Source: Bacillota bacterium
Lineage (GTDB): Bacteria; Bacillota; Sulfobacillia; JBFLWA01
Direction: 5' to 3'
DNA length: 64,000 bases
Assembly (NCBI GenBank): GCA_040758135.1
Contig: JBFLWA010000005.1
Location: forward strand, 73,102-137,101
Shown: in pieces, positions 19,550 through 29,683 of the stretch
Layout: every line of letters begins with the position of its first letter
How positions within the stretch are numbered: the stretch's first letter is position 1
The notes under the pieces: generated by a model
What the model saw: only the letters and a program-made list of their open reading frames with translations
Databases searched by the model: none
Told to the model about the DNA's origin: nothing
Position numbers and translations under genes: made by a program

Positions 19550-19564
19550 GCGCGCGTCTTTGGC

Positions 19565-20437
19565 TTAGGCGAAGGACAGGATTACTTCGCGCAGGATCTT
19601 GGCTGCCAAAATGCCGGTCCTTTCGGACAGATCGTGGGCCGGCAGCACCTCTACCAGGTCGAGACCGACCAGGTTCAGCCCGCTGCCCAACCGGCGCACC
19701 GCCTCCAGGATCTCCCCCGAAGTGCAGCCGCCCGGCTCCGGAGTGCCCGTTCCCGGGGCATAAGCCGGGTCAACTACATCCACATCGAGGGTAATGTAAA
19801 CCGGGCGCCCGGCCAGGAGGGACAACATCCTGTCAACCGCCTCCAGGATCGGGACCCGTAACAGATTGGTGTTCGCTACTGCATAATCGTATTCCTGCCG
19901 GGTACCTGAACGGATGCCGGCCTGGAAAATGTTCTTGGGGCCGAGAAGGCTGGCCACCCGCCGCATGACGGTGGCGTGGGAGAGCTCCTCGCCGTAGTAA
20001 TCTTCCCGCAGGTCGGCGTGGGCGTCGAAGTGGATCACCGCCAGGTCCGGGCAAGCCCGGTAGACCGGCTCGATCATAGCCAGGGAGACCAGGTGTTCGC
20101 CGCCCAGTCCGATGGGGATCTTGCCAGCGGCCACCAATTTCCCGGCGGCCTGCCGGATGGTCTCCAGCGAGCTCTGCACATTGCCGAAAGGCAAATCCAG
20201 GTCCCCGGCATCGTAAAAGGAGACCTCGAATAGCTCCCGGCCCGAGTTCCAGCTAAATGTTTCGATGCCATAGGAGGCCTCGCGGATGCGGGCTGGACCC
20301 AGGCGCGAGCCCGGACGATAGCTGGCCGTCCAATCCATGGGGGCTCCGTAGATCACGGCCCTGGCCGCGCCGAAGTCGTCGGTAGCGCCCATAAAGATCT
20401 GAGTGCGACGGCTATTCTCCAACGGTTGCTGGCTCAT
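19565..20437 (-). CDS. speB: agmatinase
   Basis: 290 aa. Arginase-fold Mn-binding motifs (DAHADL, SLDVDVVDPAYAPGTGTPEPGG). Confidence 0.85.
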   Translation of the reverse strand: MSQQPLENSRRTQIFMGATDDFGAARAVIYGAPMDWTASYRPGSRLGPARIREASYGIETFSWNSGRELFEVSFYDAGDLDLPFGNVQSSLETIRQAAGKLVAAGKIPIGLGGEHLVSLAMIEPVYRACPDLAVIHFDAHADLREDYYGEELSHATVMRRVASLLGPKNIFQAGIRSGTRQEYDYAVANTNLLRVPILEAVDRMLSLLAGRPVYITLDVDVVDPAYAPGTGTPEPGGCTSGEILEAVRRLGSGLNLVGLDLVEVLPAHDLSERTGILAAKILREVILSFA

Positions 20438-20438
20438 C

Positions 20439-21281
20439 TCATCTGCCCTGCTTGATCAGATCCTGCACAAAGCGGGGCAGGGCGAAGCAGGCCTTCCCCA
20501 TCTCAGGGGTGTAGTATTTGGTCTCAAAGTTCAGCTCCCGGTCACTCAAGACAGCCAGGGGGTCGTGTCGCTTGGAGCCCATGGTGAAGCTCCAGAGCCC
20601 ACTGGGGTAAGTCGGGATGCTGGCCAGGTAGAGCCGGGTAATAGGGAAGACCGAGGCGACGGCCTGGTAGGCATGGCTCAGCACGTTCTGGTTAACAAAG
20701 GGTGACTCGGTCTGGGCCACCAGGATTCCGTCATCCTTCAGGGCCTCAAAGACCGAACGGTAGAACTCCACGGCAAAGAGGCCCACGGCTGGCCCCACCG
20801 GGTCGGTGGAATCCACGATGATCACATCGTACTTCTCGTGCGCTTCGCGCACATATTTAACGCCGTCATCAATGATCACCCGGGCGCGGGCATCGTCCAG
20901 GGCACAGCTGATCTCCGGCAGATACTTACGGGAAGTCTCCACCACCGCGCCATCGATCTCCACCAGCTCGGCCTTTTCTACCGAGGGGTGTTTGAGGATC
21001 TCGCGGATAGCACCGCCGTCGCCGCCCCCCACTACCAGAACCCGTTTGGGCTCAGGGTGGGTGAAGAGCGCGACATGAGTCAGCATCTCGTGGTAGACAA
21101 ACTCGTCTCTTTCGGTGGTTTGGACAGTGCCGTCCAAGACCAGCATCCGGCCGAACTGAACCGTGTCCAGCAGGGCCAGGTCCTGGTAAGGAGTGCGCTC
21201 GGTGTGCAGACTCTCCTTGATCCTGAGGGTGATCCCCAGATCCGGGGTCTGCTTCTCAGTGAACCAGAGTTCCATTTCCAC
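20439..21281 (-). CDS. speE: spermidine synthase
   Basis: 280 aa. [18 protein letters not shown] aminopropyltransferase motif; 1-nt gap to speB. Confidence 0.9.
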   Translation of the reverse strand: MEMELWFTEKQTPDLGITLRIKESLHTERTPYQDLALLDTVQFGRMLVLDGTVQTTERDEFVYHEMLTHVALFTHPEPKRVLVVGGGDGGAIREILKHPSVEKAELVEIDGAVVETSRKYLPEISCALDDARARVIIDDGVKYVREAHEKYDVIIVDSTDPVGPAVGLFAVEFYRSVFEALKDDGILVAQTESPFVNQNVLSHAYQAVASVFPITRLYLASIPTYPSGLWSFTMGSKRHDPLAVLSDRELNFETKYYTPEMGKACFALPRFVQDLIKQGR

Positions 21282-21311
21282 GGGCTAGGCTCTCCTTTCC
21301 AGTGCCTGGGC

Positions 21312-21770
21312 TCAGTACCAGAGAGCAACGGCCGCGAAGGCGCAGCCTTTGTCAACCACTCGGTGCTCGGCGCCCTTGACCAGCAGGCGGGCGAGTTTCA
21401 TTCCTCTGACCCGGAAGGCCTCTTCGGCCATAGCAGCCACTGTCCGTTCCGCCTCGTCCTTGCTGCACTTGCCGGAAAACTCCATGATCACACCAAAATC
21501 GTTCTCGGAAATAGCTACCGAGACAGCGGCAGCGATGAGCTCGCCAGGGGTAGTGCTGGTGATGGAACCATAGGCTGTGGGAACCAGCGTCCCCGGCGCA
21601 ATCTGTAACTGCGGGACTTCCACGGCCCCGGGCGGCAGAATGCTGCTGATGCGGACAAGGTTTAGGTTCCCGATCCCTGCGCCCAGTAGGGCATTGTCGA
21701 AAGCATTGAGTGTGGTAGCGCCTTCGGCTCCGGAAGCCACCATGGTGAATTTGGTCGGCACGGGTAGCAT
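21312..21770 (-). CDS. pdaD: pyruvoyl-dependent arginine decarboxylase, paralog 1
   Basis: Start refined to ATG 21770 (MLPVPTKF...) with a GGGGGGAGGGG RBS. Strong match to the PdaD family (TLNAFDNALLGAGIGNLNLVRISSILPP...MEFSGKC...GCAFAAVALWY), including the Ser-Ser self-cleavage site. Confidence 0.75.
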   Translation of the reverse strand: MLPVPTKFTMVASGAEGATTLNAFDNALLGAGIGNLNLVRISSILPPGAVEVPQLQIAPGTLVPTAYGSITSTTPGELIAAAVSVAISENDFGVIMEFSGKCSKDEAERTVAAMAEEAFRVRGMKLARLLVKGAEHRVVDKGCAFAAVALWY

Positions 21771-21944
21771 TCGCGACCCCTCCCCCCTTCTGATTTGAGC
21801 CACACTCCGGTGGGGCCGGGGATCGCCTGTCTCCCATCCCATCCGGCGACTCTAGGTATGCATTATATCAGAAGGGGGTAGACAAATAAACCCCTTGTTA
21901 GCAGGTAAAGAAGCATTGGAAAGGGGGGTGGCCCGGTTCAGGGC

Positions 21945-22403
21945 TCAGTACCAGAGGGTGGCCGCCGCGAAACAGCAGGCGACGCCTCTTACCTGGGCCT
22001 CAATGGCCTTGGATTTTACCTCCCGGAGCGACATCCCGCGGCTGGCGAAGGCCTCCTCGACCATGGCCCGAACTGCCCGGTCGGCTTCCTCGCGGGTGCA
22101 CTTGCCCGAAAACTCCATAATCATCCCGAAGGAGTTCTCTGAGAACCCGACACCGATGGCCGCCGAGATAACCTCGCCCGGAGAGTCGCTGATGATCGCA
22201 CCATAGGCGGTGGGAGTCAGCGACCCCGGTGGGATCTCCAGCCTGTCCACATACTCGGCCCCGGGCGGCAAAATGCTGCTGACCTTGATCAGGTTGAGGC
22301 TGCCGACCCCGGCATCGAGCAGAGCGTGGTCGAAGGCGTTGAGGCGGCTCTTCCCTTCCCCGTATCCGACTACCAGAGCGAATTTCTTGGGTGTTGGCAG
22401 CAT
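21945..22403 (-). CDS. pdaD: pyruvoyl-dependent arginine decarboxylase, paralog 2
   Basis: Start refined to ATG 22403 (MLPTPKKF...) with a GGAGGG RBS. RLNAFDHALLDAGVGSLNLIKVSSILPP...MEFSGKC...ACCFAAATLWY. Confidence 0.75.
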   Translation of the reverse strand: MLPTPKKFALVVGYGEGKSRLNAFDHALLDAGVGSLNLIKVSSILPPGAEYVDRLEIPPGSLTPTAYGAIISDSPGEVISAAIGVGFSENSFGMIMEFSGKCTREEADRAVRAMVEEAFASRGMSLREVKSKAIEAQVRGVACCFAAATLWY

Positions 22404-22550
22404 GATGGCCCTCCTTATGGTTGCTGGCTTTCTTCCTATTATTCTCTGCACCCCGGCGCCCATATTACGATCCGGCATGGCGCAGAATAGTAGCCACCGT
22501 ACGGTCAAAGACTAACCAAGACGGCAGTTAGCTTCGCAGGAGGGACCTTA

Positions 22551-24521
22551 TTGACATCGGCGCAGATCATATACCTTATCGCCGTAGCCATTTACCTCGT
22601 TTTTTTCTTGCTCTTCTCCCGTTTCTTCATCTGGAAGCACTATGCCGACCGCGTCTACTGGCGGCCGCGCCCCCGGCTCTCCCTACCGGGCCTGGTTAGG
22701 CTCGCGGCCGAGCGGGGCGCGACCCTTCCTTTCATCTCAGTGATGGTGCCGGCCCGTAACGAAGCTGATGTCATTGAAAAGACCATTGAGCATATGGCCG
22801 CACTAGAGTATCCGGCCGACCGCTTCGAGATGGTGGTAGTCACCGACCAGAAGGAACTGCTGGAACGGGAGGAGCAGCGTAAGGCGGTAGTGGGGGGAGC
22901 TCTCGGCTTCTTCGTGGGCGGGGTCATTGCGCGCGGTGGCCGGGAGGAGCTAATCCAGTCGCTGGTGACGGCGGCCGTGGCCCGGCTGGGTCTGCGGTGC
23001 TGGGTGCGAGCCGATGCCCGCTACAGCCAGCTGGTTCCCGAGGACCCCCGACGCGACCTTTCTTGGGATCGCCTCGAGAGCCTGGTGGCCGAGATCGCCG
23101 ACGATCTGGTGACCGCCAAGGGGCGCCTCTCCCTGGAAAAGCTGTTCCGTCGGCTGCGCCGGGCCCTGCCCGGCCGGGATGATGGCCACATTGAGCGGGT
23201 ATTTCCCAATTATCTGGGACTGGCATTGCCCGTTGCCGCCACGGTCTTCGGGCTTAGCTGGCGTCATGGGGAGCGTTATACCGAGCAGCTTCTGGCGCGG
23301 GCCGCCTATGCCCACCACCGGGTTACACGCCAGATCCTTAAGACCCTGGTCCAGGGTCTATCGGAGCTGATGGCCGCTGAGATTGAGACACTGCTGGCCC
23401 GTGGCCAGATGCGCAAGTTTTTGGGAGAGGTCTTTGATAGCCGCTTCCCCACCACCCAGCAGCTGGTGAAAGCCAGCGCCGACCGGTTGGCCGCCGCGCC
23501 CGGCCGCCCCCGGCTGGTCCATCTGGATGTACCTTACGATTTTGATGGCCGGGTGGGCGGAGAGTGCCTGGGCCGCAGCATCCCCTCCACTAAGGGAAGA
23601 GCGCTGAACTTCGCCCTGACCTATCTGGGTGAGGCCACCGAGATTTGCGGCTTCTATGATGCCGAGAGCCGGCCCGACCCTAAGGTCTTATTATACGTGG
23701 CCTACCGCTGCCTGACTGAGCCAACCCGGCCCCGTATCTTTCAGGGGCCGGTCTTCCAGGTCCGCAACTTCTACGAGATGGGGCCGTTCTGCAAAATCGC
23801 CGCCCTCTACCAGGCCATTGCTCATGATTGGTATCTGCCGTCGCTCCTGCGGAAGCTGCCCTTCATCGGCGGCACTAATCTCTACATAGAACGGAGTCTT
23901 TTGATGCAGATCGGGGGGTATGACGACTCGTGCCTCACCGAAGACCTAGAGCTGGGGACCCGGGCCTACCTGCGGGCCGGGGTATGGCCCGAGTACCTCC
24001 CCTACAGCAGCAGTGAGCAGACACCGGCCACCCTGAAGGCTTTCTACCGGCAGCGGCTGCGCTGGGGCTACGGACACCTCCAGGTGATGGACCGGATCCG
24101 GGCCCACGAGCAGGCCCCGGCCGCGCAGGCCCATCTCATCTGGCGCCGCCTCTTCGTCAAAGGGAATGTAGAGTGGGTACTGTACCAGGCAGCTACCTTT
24201 GTGCCCCCGGCGGTTATCGTTCTCTACTGGCTGGGGGCAGTCGACCCCAAGATTCTCCCGGGCGAAGTGCGCCTGGGGCTGCATCTCTTCAGCCTTATCT
24301 ACTTCTTCTTTACCTTCTATGCTTACTACCGTTACGGGCCGTACCTGGACCATACCGCCCGTCCGGCGGGCCGGGCGGGGCAGCTGCGTACCCTGGCCCA
24401 GCTGTTCCTCCTGCCACTGGCCACCTTTTTCTTCCCGGTCCCCTACAGCAGTGCCCTGGTGCTGAAGCATCTGAATCGGGGTCCTCTGGATTGGGTCAAG
24501 ACACCCAGAACCAAGGAGTGA
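22551..24521 (+). CDS. membrane-bound family-2 glycosyltransferase (processive synthase type) with a large internal insertion
   Basis: 656 aa, TTG start after GGAGGGA. GT-A block VMVPARNEADVIEKTIEHMAALEYP..VVVTDQ; later DxD-like YDAES, TEDLELG and the processive-synthase QRLRWGYG (QxxRW) motif; N- and C-terminal TM segments. Confidence 0.65.
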   Translation: MTSAQIIYLIAVAIYLVFFLLFSRFFIWKHYADRVYWRPRPRLSLPGLVRLAAERGATLPFISVMVPARNEADVIEKTIEHMAALEYPADRFEMVVVTDQKELLEREEQRKAVVGGALGFFVGGVIARGGREELIQSLVTAAVARLGLRCWVRADARYSQLVPEDPRRDLSWDRLESLVAEIADDLVTAKGRLSLEKLFRRLRRALPGRDDGHIERVFPNYLGLALPVAATVFGLSWRHGERYTEQLLARAAYAHHRVTRQILKTLVQGLSELMAAEIETLLARGQMRKFLGEVFDSRFPTTQQLVKASADRLAAAPGRPRLVHLDVPYDFDGRVGGECLGRSIPSTKGRALNFALTYLGEATEICGFYDAESRPDPKVLLYVAYRCLTEPTRPRIFQGPVFQVRNFYEMGPFCKIAALYQAIAHDWYLPSLLRKLPFIGGTNLYIERSLLMQIGGYDDSCLTEDLELGTRAYLRAGVWPEYLPYSSSEQTPATLKAFYRQRLRWGYGHLQVMDRIRAHEQAPAAQAHLIWRRLFVKGNVEWVLYQAATFVPPAVIVLYWLGAVDPKILPGEVRLGLHLFSLIYFFFTFYAYYRYGPYLDHTARPAGRAGQLRTLAQLFLLPLATFFFPVPYSSALVLKHLNRGPLDWVKTPRTKE

Positions 24522-24525
24522 TGGG

Positions 24526-26571
24526 TTGAGCCTTGTGCGCCGCATACCGTGGAAGGCGCTGGCGCTGACCGCAGTCAGCCTAGCCCTCATTGGCGGTCTC
24601 CTCTTCATTGGGGCCGTCATGAGCATTGGCATACCCGAAAAGGTCATCCCTCAGGCCACCCGGGTGCTGGACGCCAACGGGCATCTAGTGGCTAAGCTCT
24701 TCGTGGAAAACCGCCAGTCGGTCCCGCTCAGCCGTATCTCCGTGGATTTTCTCAATGCTGTGGTGGCCATTGAAGATGAGCGCTTCTACCAGCATCTCGG
24801 CCTCGACTTCCGGGCGTTGGTGCGGGCCTTTATCTCCAACCTACGGGCCCGGCGGGTGGTGGAAGGCGGCAGTACCATCACCCAGCAGCTGGCCAAGAAC
24901 CTTTACACAACCGCCGAGCGCACCCTGGGGCGCAAGCTATACGAGGCCATCCTCACCGTGCGCCTGGAAACCCAGTACACCAAGGAAGAGCTCCTGCAGA
25001 TGTACGTTAACACCATCTATCTGGGGCACGGCGCGTTCGGCGTGGAGACTGCCTCCCAGATCTACTTCGGTAAGCACGCCTCCGAACTGACTCTGGGCGA
25101 GTCGGCGCTGCTGGCCGGCCTGATCCGCCTGCCCGAGTACTACACTCCCTACAAAAACGCCGAGCGGGCCGCGGAGCGGAGGTCCACGGTGCTCAGGCAC
25201 ATGCTGGAGCAGGGGTATATCATTGAGGAACAGCGACGGCAGGCAGACTCGGAAGAGGTGCGGCTGGTGGGGCTGAAGCCTCTGAACAACCTGGCCCCCT
25301 ATTTTGTCCAGTATGTCATCGAGCAGCTGACCGAACGCCACCCGGAGATTGCCAGTGATCTCTATACTGGCGGCTATACCATTATCACCGCCCTGGATGT
25401 GGAGATGCAGAAAGCGGCCAACTCCGCCTTCGCGGCTAATCTCCAGGGTGAAAACACCGACGAAAAGGGGGTCTTGCAGCCACAAGGGGCACTGGTCGCG
25501 ATCGACCCGACCAGCGGCTATATTAAGGCACTAATCGGTGGCCGCAGCTACTCTAACAGCCAGTTCAACCGGGCAGTCCAGGCCAAACGCCAGCCGGGGT
25601 CGGCCTTCAAGCCCTTTATGTATACCGCCGTCCTGGACTCGGGCTATACCATCATTGATCAGCAGGTCTGCGAGCATGTATCCTACCCAGACGGGCAAGG
25701 CGGCCGCTATGAGCCCACCGACTACAAGCGCGGCCAGCCGTACCACAACCGGCCCATGGATATCCGGGAGGCAGTAGCCATCTCCGACAATGTCGTGGCG
25801 GTCCGCTGGAACGAAACCATTGCCCCAAGAAGGACGGTGGAGTATGCCCGCCGGATGGGCATCACCAGCCGACTGGAGGCTAGTCTGCCCCTCGTGCTGG
25901 GCGCCTCGGAAGTCACCCCGCTGGAGCTGGTCAATGCCTATGCTCCTCTGGCCAACAACGGGTTGGCGGTGACCCCCATTTCCATCCTGCGGGTTATTAA
26001 CCAGGCTGGCCAGATCGTTGAGGAAAACCGGCCCCGTATCGTCCGGGTCCTCGACGAGCGCACCGCCTACCTAATGACTGATGTACTGAAAAGCGTCCTG
26101 CGGCCCGGAGGTACCGGGGCCCATCTCCGCTGGACCTTTGACCGTCCCGCCGCTGGGAAGACGGGAACCACCGAAAACCAGCGGGACGCCTGGTTCATTG
26201 GCTATACCCCGCAGTTAGTCTGCGGGGTGTATGTTGGCTATGATGACCCCACCAAGTCACTACCGGGCTACGGAGGCACACTGGCCGGACCCATCTGGGC
26301 AGCCTTCATGCATGATGCCCACAAGAACCTGCCCGTCACCGATTTTCCCCGTCCGGCCGGGGTTATCGAGGTAACCCTCTGCACCGAGACCAACCTGCCG
26401 GCCAACCCCACCTGCCCCACCAAAACCGAGCTGTTCAAGGCTGGGACTGAACCAACCGCCCCGTGCCCCGCCATTCACTTTGCCCCTCCCGACCCTGACG
26501 AGGACGAGCCGATTAGCGATGGCGAGGGGAACCGAAGGCGGAGCCTCTTCGACATTATCTTCGGTCCCTGA
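24526..26571 (+). CDS. class A penicillin-binding protein (PBP1A; transglycosylase + transpeptidase)
   Basis: 681 aa. GT51 motifs (EDERFYQHLG, GGSTITQQLAKN); transpeptidase SxxK (SAFKPF) and KTGTT. Confidence 0.9.
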   Translation: MSLVRRIPWKALALTAVSLALIGGLLFIGAVMSIGIPEKVIPQATRVLDANGHLVAKLFVENRQSVPLSRISVDFLNAVVAIEDERFYQHLGLDFRALVRAFISNLRARRVVEGGSTITQQLAKNLYTTAERTLGRKLYEAILTVRLETQYTKEELLQMYVNTIYLGHGAFGVETASQIYFGKHASELTLGESALLAGLIRLPEYYTPYKNAERAAERRSTVLRHMLEQGYIIEEQRRQADSEEVRLVGLKPLNNLAPYFVQYVIEQLTERHPEIASDLYTGGYTIITALDVEMQKAANSAFAANLQGENTDEKGVLQPQGALVAIDPTSGYIKALIGGRSYSNSQFNRAVQAKRQPGSAFKPFMYTAVLDSGYTIIDQQVCEHVSYPDGQGGRYEPTDYKRGQPYHNRPMDIREAVAISDNVVAVRWNETIAPRRTVEYARRMGITSRLEASLPLVLGASEVTPLELVNAYAPLANNGLAVTPISILRVINQAGQIVEENRPRIVRVLDERTAYLMTDVLKSVLRPGGTGAHLRWTFDRPAAGKTGTTENQRDAWFIGYTPQLVCGVYVGYDDPTKSLPGYGGTLAGPIWAAFMHDAHKNLPVTDFPRPAGVIEVTLCTETNLPANPTCPTKTELFKAGTEPTAPCPAIHFAPPDPDEDEPISDGEGNRRRSLFDIIFGP

Positions 26572-26600
26572 TCCTGCCAGGTTTGTGCTGGAATCCACCA

Positions 26601-26629
26601 TTGACACCCGGCGCGGACCGGCATATAAC
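26601..26629 (+). promoter_or_regulatory. sigma-A-like promoter for the cation:proton antiporter gene
   Basis: TTGACA (26601..26606), 17-nt spacer, TATAAC (26624..26629). GGGGGAG RBS 6 nt before ATG 26673. Confidence 0.5.
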
Positions 26630-26672
26630 AGATGATGCGGGCTTCGAGTACCGCAGTCTGGGGGAGATGAGT

Positions 26673-27914
26673 ATGCACGGAGCGGAAGGGTTTGTAGTCA
26701 ATACCCTGCTGGCCCTGGGGACGCTGATCCTGGTGGGGTTGTTAGGCGGCAAGGCCGCGGCAGCTGCCAGGTTCCCGGCGGTCACCGGTTATCTCATCTT
26801 TGGGCTTATCATCGGCCCATCGCTACTGGGAATTCTGGGCGATGGCATGGTCCAATCGCTAGGACTGGTTAGCACCGTGGCCTTGGCTTTCATTGCCTTC
26901 TCCATCGGCAGTGAGTTTGAGGTGAGGCACCTGAAGGAGCTGGGCGGCCGGGTGGGATGGATTACCCTGGCCGAAGCCAGTGGGGCTTTCCTGCTAGTGT
27001 CGGCCGTAACTTACTTCATCTTCCACCAGCCTCTCTATGTCGCACTCATCCTCGGTTCCATCGCCAGCGCCACCGCGCCGGCCGCCACCGTCCTGATCAT
27101 TCGCGAGTACCGGGCCAAAGGCCCACTCACCGACACCCTTATCGCCGTTGTTGCCCTGGATGACGCCATCGGCATCACCTTCTACGGCATCTCGGTGGCC
27201 TTGGCCAGGCTGCTTACCGGCCGGGTGGCCGGAGGCGCCAATGCCTGGAGCCTGGTGGCCGCCCCGGTCTGGGAGATCGTTGGCTCCTTTTTGGTGGGGC
27301 TGGTCGGTACTATCGCATTGGGAACCATTGCTGCCCGCATCCGCCGGCCGGAAGACCGCCTCGCTCTGGTGCTAGGGGTGGTCCTGGCTACCTCGGGAAT
27401 GGCCCAGCTCCTGCATACCTCGCTACTGCTGACCAACATGGCCCTGGGGATGTTCACCGTCAACCTCGTGCCCACCAGCCGGCGCCTGTTCGGAGCCCTG
27501 GCCGGGATCGACCAGCCCATTTACATTGCCTTCTTCGTCTTGGCCGGCGCCGGGCTCCATCTCCGGCTCTTGACTCAGGTGGGATTGCTGGGGATCGGGT
27601 ACATCGTGGCCCGGGGCATCGGAAAGATACTGGGTGCGGGACTGGGAGCCCGCTGGACCGGGGCGGCGCCCCAGGTCCAGAGGTACCTGGGCCTGGCCCT
27701 GATCCCACAGGCCGGTGTGGCCATCGGTCTGACCCTGCTGGCGGCTCAGGCCTTCCCGGAGATCGCCCCGATGCTGACCACTCTGATCCTGGGGGCAGTG
27801 GTGGTGCACGAGATGATCGGCCCCTTCACCGCCAAGATTGCCATCGTCGGTGCCGGCGAAGTGGGCAAAGCCGCGGTCAGTCCGTCAAGCCCGGCTCCCG
27901 AGTTGCCCGAATGA
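26673..27914 (+). CDS. cation:proton antiporter (Na+/H+ exchanger family, CPA-type)
   Basis: Start refined to ATG 26673 (MHGAEGFVVNTLLALG...). 12-13 TM helices; Na_H_Exchanger-like blocks (GYLIFGLIIGPSLLGIL, ATAPAATVLIIREY). Confidence 0.8.
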   Translation: MHGAEGFVVNTLLALGTLILVGLLGGKAAAAARFPAVTGYLIFGLIIGPSLLGILGDGMVQSLGLVSTVALAFIAFSIGSEFEVRHLKELGGRVGWITLAEASGAFLLVSAVTYFIFHQPLYVALILGSIASATAPAATVLIIREYRAKGPLTDTLIAVVALDDAIGITFYGISVALARLLTGRVAGGANAWSLVAAPVWEIVGSFLVGLVGTIALGTIAARIRRPEDRLALVLGVVLATSGMAQLLHTSLLLTNMALGMFTVNLVPTSRRLFGALAGIDQPIYIAFFVLAGAGLHLRLLTQVGLLGIGYIVARGIGKILGAGLGARWTGAAPQVQRYLGLALIPQAGVAIGLTLLAAQAFPEIAPMLTTLILGAVVVHEMIGPFTAKIAIVGAGEVGKAAVSPSSPAPELPE

Positions 27915-28195
27915 CCATCGCGATAGAGACTAAAGCCAGTGAACCGCCAACCACCAGGTTGGCGGTGATTTTTCCACCGAAGATCAGGACAGCCAGAAGA
28001 ACTCTGCCGGTTACCTCCTGGGTGGCGATGAGATTGCTCACAAAGGCGCGGCCGGAGCGGAGGGAAGCGTTATACAGCGTGTGGCCCAAAAAGGTAGGGA
28101 AGACGGCCAGAGCTGGGCACCGGCCAGACCGGCCAGGCTGAACCCGGAGCCGGCCAGCAACAAAAGGGCGGCGGATAGAGATCCTTTCACCGGTC
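27915..28195 (-). pseudogene. frameshifted N-terminal remnant of a polytopic membrane transporter
   Basis: Two minus-strand frames give ...LLLAGSGFSLAGLAGAQLW... and ...ASLRSGRAFVSNLIATQEVTGRVLLAVLIFGG... Only ~90 codons, split by a frameshift. No complete ORF. Confidence 0.25.
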
Positions 28196-29683
28196 TCACC
28201 TCGGGAGGGCGCACCCAGCGCTCAGAGGGCGCCCGGTGGCCTTGGCCAGTCGCTCGGGCCATGGAAGGCTTCGCCCCGGTCGGTAGAAGCTCTCAACCAG
28301 GTATTCACCGGTGGCCGGCCGAAACAGGCTGCCGCCTTCGTCCCGCAGATGGCTCAGAATCTGCGCCGAAATCAAGTTGGCCAGGAAGCTGCCGGCCAGG
28401 TGACCGGGGTGGCTCACCATCAGCACCGGCAGGGCCCAGCGGTGGACATCGTGCCAGGGAAGGAGACTGTACTTCTCCCAAGCGCTGCGGTAGAGGCAGT
28501 CCAGATCGCCGCTGGGGGAGCGGTAGGCTTCCATTTCGAACGCCACCCGCACCAGATTCTGCCGTCGGTCAAAGATGGCGAGCTTCTGGTAGGCGGCAAA
28601 GCGGGCGATCTGGCCCGGAGTAAGGTCGGTATACCGTTCCAGCCATTCCGGTTCATTGATCAGTCCAGCAATGACCTCAGCCAGCCCTTCGGCGAAATAG
28701 ATGCCATCCAGACGGTGGATTAGCTCCTGCCGTTCGTTAAAGACCAGGTAAAGGGCATGGCCGAACTCGTGGTACAGATCGTGGTAGAAATCGCGTCCCG
28801 GCAGGGGGTTGACGCTGATCCGCACATCATGCGGTGACTTAACAGCGAAGAAGAAGGCCCCCTGGACTTTATCTTCGCGGGGCTCGGCATCGACCCGGAC
28901 CGGCAGTTGGTCAACGTGAAAGCCCACCGAACCGAGGGTCTCGACCAGCGACGGGTAGGCCCGCTCGGCCAAGTAGTACTGATCAACCTCGCCCAGGACG
29001 GCATCGCGCAGATAGTACCAATCCCAGGGTTCGGGGGCCGTCTCCAGGAGAGCCTCCAGTATCTCGTAGACCTCCCGGGCGCTCTCGTCGCTTCCGTTCC
29101 GGTATTCCTCTAGCCGGGCCGCCAGGAAGTCACTGTCGCTATCGTTCTCCGACAGGATGAAATCGTAGTAGGTGGGATAGCCCCATTCGGCAGCTGCCGC
29201 GTTCAGGGCGGCCAGATAGGCCTTGAGGTCGGCGCTGGCTGCCTCCGAAATCTGCCCCAGAGCCTCCCAGGCGGCGCGCCGGGCATCGCGGTCAGGATTG
29301 GACCGGACCGTACGGTAGAGCGAACCGGCCGAGACCGACTGGCCGTGGACAACCGGCCGTGTATTGGCATGGACACTGAGCAGGCGGTCGTGGAGCCAGG
29401 CTACTTCCGGACGCACGGTGATGGCATTGGCCACTAAGTGCTGCTTAACCAGCGCCACCAGGCGTCGCTCTGCCTCGGACTCGGGGGCAGCGAGGCAATC
29501 CTCTACCGCCTGCCAGAGATGGCTGTCGGAGAGGATTCTCTGTACCTGCTGGTCGAGATCGGAGTAAGAAACGGTGGCCTTGCGGGTATATAGAAGCCAG
29601 GCCCGCTCAGCTCGTTGGTTATATAGGTTTCTCAACTCAGACAGCTTCTGTTTGATATAGGCACGGCTGTCCAACTCCATCAT
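28196..29683 (-). CDS. zinc metallopeptidase (M3/M32 carboxypeptidase-Taq-like, HExxH)
   Basis: Start likely ATG 29683/29680 (MMELDSRAYIKQK...). HEFGHALY zinc-binding motif. Confidence 0.55.
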   Translation of the reverse strand: MMELDSRAYIKQKLSELRNLYNQRAERAWLLYTRKATVSYSDLDQQVQRILSDSHLWQAVEDCLAAPESEAERRLVALVKQHLVANAITVRPEVAWLHDRLLSVHANTRPVVHGQSVSAGSLYRTVRSNPDRDARRAAWEALGQISEAASADLKAYLAALNAAAAEWGYPTYYDFILSENDSDSDFLAARLEEYRNGSDESAREVYEILEALLETAPEPWDWYYLRDAVLGEVDQYYLAERAYPSLVETLGSVGFHVDQLPVRVDAEPREDKVQGAFFFAVKSPHDVRISVNPLPGRDFYHDLYHEFGHALYLVFNERQELIHRLDGIYFAEGLAEVIAGLINEPEWLERYTDLTPGQIARFAAYQKLAIFDRRQNLVRVAFEMEAYRSPSGDLDCLYRSAWEKYSLLPWHDVHRWALPVLMVSHPGHLAGSFLANLISAQILSHLRDEGGSLFRPATGEYLVESFYRPGRSLPWPERLAKATGRPLSAGCALPR

